NCBI RefSeq assembly: GCF_009914755.1
Contig: NC_060927.1
Reading direction: 5' to 3' (one strand)
Length of the DNA stretch: 64,000 bases
Origin: the human T2T-CHM13v2.0 reference genome, Homo sapiens
Below the pieces are notes generated by a model. The model did not search any database. It worked only from the letters and a program-made list of their open reading frames with translations, and had not been told where the DNA came from. Within the stretch, counting starts at the first letter, position 1; every line of letters begins with the position of its first letter. Positions 54,692 to 64,000 of the stretch are shown here, piece by piece. The translations under genes were made by a program, and so were the position numbers.

Positions 54692-55190
54692 GCAAAGACT
54701 TGGAACCAACCCAAATGTCCAACAATGATAGACTGGATTAAGAAAATGTGGCACATATACACCATGAAATGCTATGCAGCCATAAAAAATGATGAGTTCC
54801 TGTCCTTTGTAGGGACATGGATGAAATTGGAAATCATCATTCTCAGTAAACTATCACAAGGACAAAAAACCAAACACTGCATGTTCTCACTCATAGGTGG
54901 GAATTGAACAATGAGAATACACGGACACAGGAAGGGGAACATCACACTCTGGGGACTGTTGTGGGTTCGGGGGAGGGGGGAGGGATAACATTAGGAGATA
55001 TAACTAATGCTAAATGATGAATTAATGGGTGCAGCACACCAGCATGGCACATGCATACATATGTAACTAACCTGCACATTGTGCACATGTACCCTAAAAC
55101 TTAAAGTATAATAATAAAAAAAAAAAAAAAGCATCAGCCTACCTGGAAAAATACCAAATAAACTCCTGCTTTAGGCAATCACACACACAA
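54692..55190 (+). mobile_element. Young 5'-truncated L1 (L1PA3-like) with a 3' transduction
   Basis: L1PA 3' end to poly-A at 55130, then ~58 nt of non-L1 sequence; 19-bp perfect TSD aaaaagtatagctatttca (54673-54691, 55191-55209). Confidence 0.92.
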
Positions 55191-55899
55191 AAAAAGTATA
55201 GCTATTTCAATGATATTGATTCTTCCTATACATGAGCATGAGATGTTTTCTTATTTGTTTATGTCTCCTCTGATTTATTTGAGAAGTGTTTTGTAATTCT
55301 CATTGTGGAAATCTTTCATCTACCTGATTAGCTGTATTCCTAGGTATTTTATTCTTTTTGTGGCAGTTGTGAATGGAATTGTTTTCCTGATTTGGCTTTC
55401 ATTTTGGCTGTTGTTGGTGTATAGGAATGCTAGTGATTTTTGTACATTGATTTTGTATCCTGAAACTTTGCTCAAGTTGTTTATCAGCTGGAGGAGATTT
55501 TGGGCTGAGACCATGGGGTTTTCTAGATACAGATTAATGTCATCTGCAAAAAGAGATAGTTTGACTTTTTCTCTTCCTATTTAGATGCCTTTATTTCTTT
55601 CTCTTGCCTGATTGCTCTGGATAGGACTTTCAATACTATGTTGAAGGTGAGAGGGAGCATTCTTATTTTGTGCCAGTTTTCAACGGGAATGCTGCTGGCT
55701 TTTGCCCATTCAGTATAATGTGGGCTGTGGGTTTTTCATAGATGGCTCTTATTATTTTGAGGTGTGTTCCTTCAACACCTAGTTATTGAGAATTTTTAGC
55801 ATGAAGGGATGTTGAATTTTATCAAAAGCCTTTTCAGAACCTATTGAGATAATCCTGTGTTTTTTGTCTTTAGTTCTGTTCATATAATGAATACTTAGC

Positions 55900-58150
55900 T
55901 TTGAATATCATGTAATTGGACTACAAATCACCTGCTGTTCCTCATTGTTTTGTCCAGCTTCCTGTGTTATTCCTCATCATTTCCCCATTTGTGACTTCCT
56001 GGTTTACTGTAACTCTCTTCATTACTCCTGTTTATTTTAATTCTGTTTATTATACTACAGACATAGATACTTCTCTGAAAACATTGAATTCTCAATTTCT
56101 TAAATTCTCCTTCTTTCCTCTATCTCAGTCACTCACTCTCATGGTCATGCCTTGGACCTTGCTTCACTGCAAGTTCTCTATAATCTCAGTTTTATGCATC
56201 ACACTCCATGATACCTACTTCCTATCTATGCATCTCACTCCCATAGTTTTTTGACTCCAAAAATCTTTTAGCACTATTAGGATCTCCAATTTACTTATTT
56301 TACTGGTTTTAATAATCTTTTGCTTCTTTGAAGTTTTTATTTATCTCCTTATCTGGCTAAATTTCATAGTTAATAATCACATTAAATCCCTTTCAACATG
56401 TCTAACTTCCTTGTTGTTTTCTTAGTTTGTGGTACTCACTTGGAAAATTAATCCTGATATGTCTGATTTTCTCAATATTCTATACCTGGACCCAAAGCAA
56501 CAGACCATGTATGAAAAAAGAAATATCATCTTGGTGGTGTGACTTTAATTTCATGACCACAAACCTCGTGTGAGCTTTTAATGCTGACTAGAAATCATAT
56601 TTCCTTAGTTCATTAATTTTCCCTTCTCTTAACACCTTTTACAATTTTTTTCCCTCCTCATTGAACTTCTCTTCCACAGATGAACTATGTATTCCTAAGG
56701 CCTTCTTAGGTTCCATCTCTTCTTCTCTACTCAGGAACATTCCTTCAGTTCTTTTCCTGCCTATATCACTACTCCTTTCCCCTCATTGAATTATTCCCAT
56801 CTATACAAATTTATTGCTATATTGTCAGTCTTCAAAACATTGCTTTCTTTCTACTGCTTTATTCCTCTGCTCTCCTTTGAAGCAAAACTCCTTGAAAGAG
56901 TTGTCAGTACTAATTGTGTCTAATTCTTCTATTTTCACTCCCTGTTAAGCCCACTTTTGCTCCTATTACTTCATCAAAATTTTTCTTTCCGTGAACACTA
57001 TTGATCTTTATGTTGGTAAACTCTAATGTCAATTCTCCCTTCCCATGTACATAACCTCTCAGTAGAATTTGACCTTTCAGGAGCAGGTGGACACTCTCTT
57101 TTCTTCAATATATTTTATTCATTTGGTTTCCAGTGTACTTCACACTTGTTTTTTCTCCCACGTTATTGGCTGTTCCTTCTCTGTTTCCTCTGCTGATTCC
57201 TTCTTTTCCTCCTGAGACCACTAATTCACTAATTGTTGCAGTGCCTCAGGGCTCAGCCTATGGACTTTTTCTTCTTTTTATTTACTCTTAACTTCCTGGG
57301 AGAGATCATCAAGTCTTGTGAATTAAATTTTATATATAAGATGGTGACCCAAATTTATATTTTCATTCTGGATCTCTATCTTGAATTTCAACTTCTTTTC
57401 CAACTGCGTTTTCAACATTTCCACTCTGACACTTCCATTCCACATCTCAGACTTAACACACTTAAATCTAAATTCCCAATCTAATATCTAAACTCCTCCA
57501 AAACCTCCTGTTCTACCCAGTTTTTCCCATCTTAGTTAATGCTAAACCTAATATTTTTACTTATTCAGCCAAAAATAGCCATTCTGACTCCTCTATTAAA
57601 AAAAAAACTCGCATAAATCTTCTTCATAAGATCCTGTAGGTTCTATTTTCAAATATATTTACATAGCCAGAACATAACATCTTCACATTACCTTCAGTGC
57701 TACCATCCCAGTTTAAGCCACTATTACTTATTACCCTCTGCTTTTTCTACTTTTTCATCTGAGACTTATAATGTATTTTCAAGCTGGAGTGATCCTGATA
57801 AAATCCTTCGAAGTCAACAATTTTGTCAAAATTAAAGCTAAGTGTTTAAAATTACTAAGAAGTGCTATACATCCTGTTACTTCTCTGACCTGTTCTCTGC
57901 CATATTCCCTTTACTTACTTAGCTCTAGCAAGATTTGGCCTCCTCGTTGCTTCTTCAATATTTTAGGTGTGCTCCTATCATAAGGCCCTAGGCTTAGCTG
58001 TTTTTACCTGTAACTGTTTCCTATCATATATTGCTTCTTTTACGTATTTTTTTTCAAATATTACTTCTTCAATTTAAGCCCACCCTTATAACACCATATA
58101 AAATTGCAAGCTGCATTTCTCACTTTTGAGCCCCACCTCAATCTGCTCTG

Positions 58151-58181
<31 letters not shown>

Positions 58182-58300
58182 GCTCTAATAACTTCTAACA
58201 CACTTACTTAGTACTGATTGTTTTTCTCTTGATGTTTCCCTAGCTCCCAAAACTGTCTGGCATGTAGTAGAAGCTCAGTAAGTATTTGTTTAATATTGAA
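55900..58300 (+). mobile_element. Long L2 (LINE-2) relic
   Basis: Pyrimidine-rich L2 ORF2-like sequence ending in the L2 terminus ctgtctggcatgtagtagaagctcagtaagtatttgtt. Confidence 0.75.
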
Positions 58301-58612
58301 TTAATTATTTGTTTATGTGACTTACCTTCCTTGCATTGTAAGGGCTTTCCTGAAACAGATATATCTTAAGGGCTTTCTATGAACATTAAAGAGAACACAG
58401 TGATACCCGTTCTCAATGAGCTTATAATCTTGCAAGCGAAGCAGGCTATGATTTCATTGTAATTAAATACCATGACAAATGTGTGCTAATAGTTCTGGAA
58501 GTAGGAACCTGTCTAGGAGATTCAGGGATATTTGTATACAGAAGATAATATATTAAGTAAGATTTGAAGTATGAATTAGAGTTCATCAAGCAAATAAAAG
58601 GATCACAGCATT

Positions 58613-58972
58613 TGTTATGAACTGAATATCTGTGTCCACCTCAAATTTATATGTTGAAATCCTAACCCTCAATGTGATGGTATTAGGAGGTGAGGCCTTT
58701 GGGAAAAAATTAGGTCATGAGAGTGGAGACCTTGAGAATAGTGTTAGTGAGCGTATAAGAAAAGCCATAATAGTTTAATTCCTCTCATTGCTTTCCACCA
58801 TATGAAGAGTAGAAGGAGAAGACAAAAGATGATCCTCTGTAAACCAGACACAGAACCTACAGTCACTTTGATCTTGGACTTGGCAGCCCCCAGAACTGTG
58901 AGAAATACATGTTTGTTGTTTAAGTCACCCATTCTATGGTAATTTGTTATAAGGCCCAAACTGAATAAGATA
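58613..58972 (+). mobile_element. MLT1A-like MaLR solo LTR
   Basis: tgttatgaactgaat...ttgaaatcctaaccctcaatgtgatggtattaggagg...actgaataagata; 5-bp TSD gcatt. Confidence 0.88.
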
Positions 58973-59837
58973 GCATTTTATGAGTATGAAAAACATGTGC
59001 ATCTATATCTCTATCTTAGTAGGACCTAAGAGTATATTTTTAAAATCAGGAAGGAAGATATTCTTTCACATTTTAAAAGTCTATATCACACATGGAGGTG
59101 GGTTTACCATGAAGCTAGGGAAGCTTTAGAGTAAGGACTCAATCGTTTGCAAGGGTCTTTTCTTGGAAAAGACCCTATCAATGTGTTTATACAATACACT
59201 TTTTTTGGTAAAAATTACAAATATATTTACTTTCAGTTAGTAAAATGAACATAACTTTACACTGTTATTTTCTGTCACATTTCACCTTGTGTCTAGTGAT
59301 GATGAAGGGGGGTCATGGGCATTTTTTGGATTCGGCCAAGGAATATTTGAGTAGGGGCTACATGTAGTTTGAGTTTAGTACAATATATATTTATGGTTTA
59401 CAGTCATTTCTGTGTTTATTTATTTAATGCATGCTCTAAATACCCACTGTGACTACTTACCATGGTAAAAGAGAATGGAACCAGAAGGTGTACAGTTGTG
59501 TGAATTTATCCTATGGTGTTCAGCCTAAGTTGTGAGTGGTGGAGAAGAAATCAAGTTATGGAACAGATAGAGTCAGAAGCTAGTGTGAGGAAAACATTTT
59601 CCAGTTTCTAGATATATAAAATTGTAACTGGAACACTAATTATTTTGATTAAGATGGCTTCTCTCTTTCAGAAAAATAACAAAATTTATTATGTGTCACC
59701 ACAATGGAGGGCATTGACACAAACTAGTTAACATATACCATCAATTTAAAAAATACTTACGATTAGTATTGGACAGGAAAACTTGAAGTGACTTAAATTT
59801 TATATGTAAAATGAAATTGATTACAGGCACATGATTA

Positions 59838-60227
59838 CATTAGTTTGTTGTTGTTGTGTTTTAGGGCTGCTGTAACAAGGTATCAGAAACCTCATGGCTC
59901 CAAACAACAAATATTTATTATTTCATATAGTTCTGGAAGCCAAAGGTATAAAATCAAAGTGTTGGCAGGGTCGGTCCTTTCTGGAGGCTCTGAGGGAGAA
60001 TCCATTCCATCCCTCTCTTCATAGGTCTTTCCCCCATCTGTTTCTTATAGTGACAGCAGTTTTTCTATTTAGATTTACTCTAAATCCAAAATGACCTCAT
60101 CTTAAGGTTCTTAATCATCTTAGCAAATACTTTATTTCCAAATAAGGTTACATTCACAGATATCAGGTGTTAAGACATATACATATCTTATATGCATATA
60201 AGGGGAGACACAGTTCAATCCACCACA
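59838..60227 (-). mobile_element. MLT1 (C/D-like) LTR
   Basis: agggctgctgtaacaa...catatagttctggaagcc...ggggagacacagttcaatccaccaca. Confidence 0.75.
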
Positions 60228-60489
60228 ATGACCTCACCAATAATGCCAGTTGCAAAACTGAGAGAAAACCTTCTACACTATCAATAATAAACTTATTTTG
60301 GTTAACCATGGGAGAAAAGATCAAATTAAATCTCTGTTCTTTCTATTAAAAATTGTATTTCTAAATTGTTGTAATATGAAGAGGTGTTTGAAAAGCATGT
60401 AGTCAAAAATTGTTGAAAAAATATAAGTGTACTAAACAGTTAAATATAATTCTTAGGATATTTTACTGGATTTGTGATGTCAGTGGTAA

Positions 60490-60848
<359 letters not shown>

Positions 60849-63023
60849 TTATCATTCTAAATAAATACATACTTCCATATTTAGTTATATATGAATAATT
60901 TTGCATTATTTTTCTCAAAAAGCATATCTCAAATGATATATCCTTCAGGTTCTACCAAACTGAGTTGCTTTCTGCACATTTGCATTATGAAGAGTTCATA
61001 ATACGGACATCTCAGAAGATCTGTTCCATAATTTTCTTCTTTCTTTTTAAAAGTTTTATTTTTATTCTCTTTTAAATTTTCATTGATCGATGCGCATGAG
61101 CATACAAATATCTACAAACCTAGTCCTAGACAGTTTAGCTATTTGTTTAAATTATAGGGTTAAGTGTTTAAAAGATTGCTTTTAGCTTACCTCTGAAAGA
61201 GCAAGAAAGATTCTTTGTTGTCTTTGCTATCAGCCCAATATGGAAAAAGTTGCTTCAAAAGTATTAGCATGGGTTATCTCTTGGATAATAAACTTTTTTT
61301 TTACTGTGGATTTCACTGAGATCTTGGACTCTGATTATAAATAGAAATTTTCTTACAGCACCAGGAACATTTAATTCCATCCCATTTTCTTTCTATCAAA
61401 TACATACATTGGAGGAGCATGGGTAGCATTATTCAAAAAGAGGAGACGGTTTAGATTTTAATGAGATAGGTTTATTTATTTATTTTTTTTCAAGGAACTT
61501 AAAGTTCACCTCGCTTTGGCTTATAGCTCTTGTGTTTTAGTTGTTGCCAAAAAATGTATTTCCAAAGTGAGAACTAGTTTCAGATATTTGAAGTTTCTAG
61601 TGATCATTGTAATTGTGCCCATATATTTATAAGAAATTCCATCACAGGAAAAATACTGAAAGAACCTACTATTTTGTTTCTTCAGAAAGTCCACATCTAT
61701 TTTTATTGTAGGTAATATAGAAATAATTAATTCCATCAATATTTGTCAACAGAACAAATGTTCATTAAGTTATCTCATTGATTAGAAGTGAAAAGAGAAA
61801 CCTTTTTAGGGTATACTAGACTGTATTGTCTAACTCGATGTTGAGGAATGAAGTTTAACATTTTCACTGAAGACTTTAAAATTGCATGGAAATATATGAT
61901 GACTGTTAACTCTCGTTCTGCAGTCTTTTTGATTGCTGTGTATTTAATAATTAGTAGAAATCTTATTAGCATTTTGAAAAACATATTTTCATTTAAAAAA
62001 ACTTTATGTATTTACCCAATTATGAGAGACTTTTTCTTTTCTGGACCTTAAAGCTAAAATCTATGCTTTTATGTTAAAAACAGAGAGATTGAAGAATAAA
62101 CCATCTATCTTCCCTGCCTTTAGTCATGCTACCAGCATGCTTCAATATATGCAGCTAATTAAAAATGGAATGGGATCAAAAGTTATAAGATGAAGCTTCC
62201 ATTCATGACCATGGTCCAGGACTCCCAGGGAATCCTCAGTAACACAATTTCACTACCCATGAGATGATGCACGAAGATACAGAATTTGAAAGCAAGAATT
62301 AAACTCACTGAAAAATTATTTTCCAATTGAATAAATTCCCTGGAGGATCAGAAACACATTGAAGCATAGTCTTCTCTTCAGGGTGCAACCATGCTCATTG
62401 TGTAGCAAAAGTTAGTTGAAATACTCCTGTTGTTAACTGTAAGCAAGCCTTTTGGATTGGTTCTCACTTTCTGGCTCTTCCTCAAAAGTCCTTGTTTAAT
62501 CCTTCCTTGATCACATACTTTGGTTATGATCTAATTTCATTCCACTGGGACTCTTAAAACACAGTGTCATTGAAGGCACTCTAATGGGTTTGTCAGTAAT
62601 TTCCTTTTCAGACTCACAATTTAGATTTGAAATATAAACTTTTGATAAGGATATTATTCAGAAGATTAGAGAAGGAGTAAGGTTTTTTTTTTTGTCTTTA
62701 GAGGATAATAAATACTTCAAAGTGTTCCCTCATGAATTTTAAAACTCAAGAACACTTTGCAAGACACAAGATAAATTATTAGTAGTATTTTTTGCAGTTT
62801 AGATGAACATCTCTTTGTCATTATAATCAGGATGCTATAGTAGTAATTAAAGTTTTTTTTTAAAGTCTAATTCTTCTTTTTCTGTATATGTTTAATTGTA
62901 TTTGATTTAAAGAAACACAAGTTTTTTTTATCTGTATAAACATTTCAGAATTTTCAACATGGATCTGCTCATATCGTGCTAGGTTTCTCCAAGAACAATA
63001 TCTAATATAATAATATAGTCTAA

Positions 63024-63327
<304 letters not shown>

Positions 63328-63814
63328 AATACAATCTAATTCTTAATGTGGAGACTAAAATAACTAACAAATTATTTTTAGCATCTTTAATTTGTATTTA
63401 TTTATTACTACTATTTTTCTGTTACCTCAACATAGAAAATATCACCTCACTAGTTCACTAAGCAACAGGATAAGAAATAACACATTAGAATAGTCATTCA
63501 GAATGAAACTGCTTTTCCTATTCTTTATCCATGTGTTAGTTTCTCCATTTAGAATTGGACTGAGAAAGTAATCCATGTATTTTAAGAGAAGACTGCTAAC
63601 CAGACATGTCCTGCTAGCTAAAAAGTCTACTCATTTCTCCTTTAAGAAATACAATATTATCTTGGTAATTGAGTGACATGTATCACAACTTTAGTTATAT
63701 ACACACAATGTGGTTGTTCATAAAGTTTGTTACATTGTAACTGCTTTATATTCAGTGTAAGGACTTATCTATATGTCACAATTACTAGTTTTACATTGTA
63801 TTGGTTGCCAGATA

Positions 63815-64000
63815 TGTAGTAATTAATAAGGGCCATAATAAAATGATGGGTAAAAAACCACCACAAACACAGTGGCTTAAGGTAAAACATCTATTCTGAC
63901 ATATCTGTGCATTGGCTGTAAGTTGGCTAATCTAAATTGGGCTCAGCTGGTCTGGGCTCCAAATCGCAGTCTGAGTTCAAGTTTGCTCTGAGTCTCTTAC
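63815..64000 (-). mobile_element. Old MLT1 LTR fragment running off the window
   Basis: aaaaccaccacaaacacagtggcttaa...ctgtgcattggctg...gggctcagctgg. Confidence 0.55.

Larger units (their letters stand above)
52801..55892 (-). mobile_element. 5'-truncated L1PA (PA13-15-like) with nested AluSp and young L1
   Basis: 3'UTR ttttattttaggtttgggggtacatg; ORF2 remnants ([17 protein letters not shown]; MTDWIKKMWYIYTMEH). Confidence 0.85.

Overview
Primate (human-like) nuclear DNA, AT-rich and almost entirely made of transposable-element relics, so probably intronic or intergenic. I cannot support any intact host protein-coding gene, RNA gene or prokaryotic system. The main feature is a 6.1-kb HERV-K(HML-3)-type provirus (MER9 LTRs, HERVK9-like internal region) on the minus strand at 38987-45094, with a perfect 6-bp TSD (AGACCT), inserted in an old L1. 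It carries four large deletions (Gag matrix, RT core, two in env) and many CpG-type stops. It still shows a Lys-type PBS, splice sites, overlapping PSAP/PPxY late domains, an in-frame NC-dUTPase ORF, protease, G-patch, RNase H, a DDE integrase, and a two-exon rec-like architecture at positions homologous to HML-2 rec. That rec-like architecture is my best candidate for something undescribed. The rest of the window is deeply nested L1s (L1MA, L1PA15/16-like, L1PB, L1PA3-like), Alus, a solo LTR22 (HML-5), MaLR LTRs, L2, MIR and hAT relics. Other oddities: an L1 3' transduction, two L1s reduced to 5'UTR plus 3' end, a template-switch micro-inversion and a candidate 11-nt microexon. Subfamily names come from recognition by eye, not from a database search.
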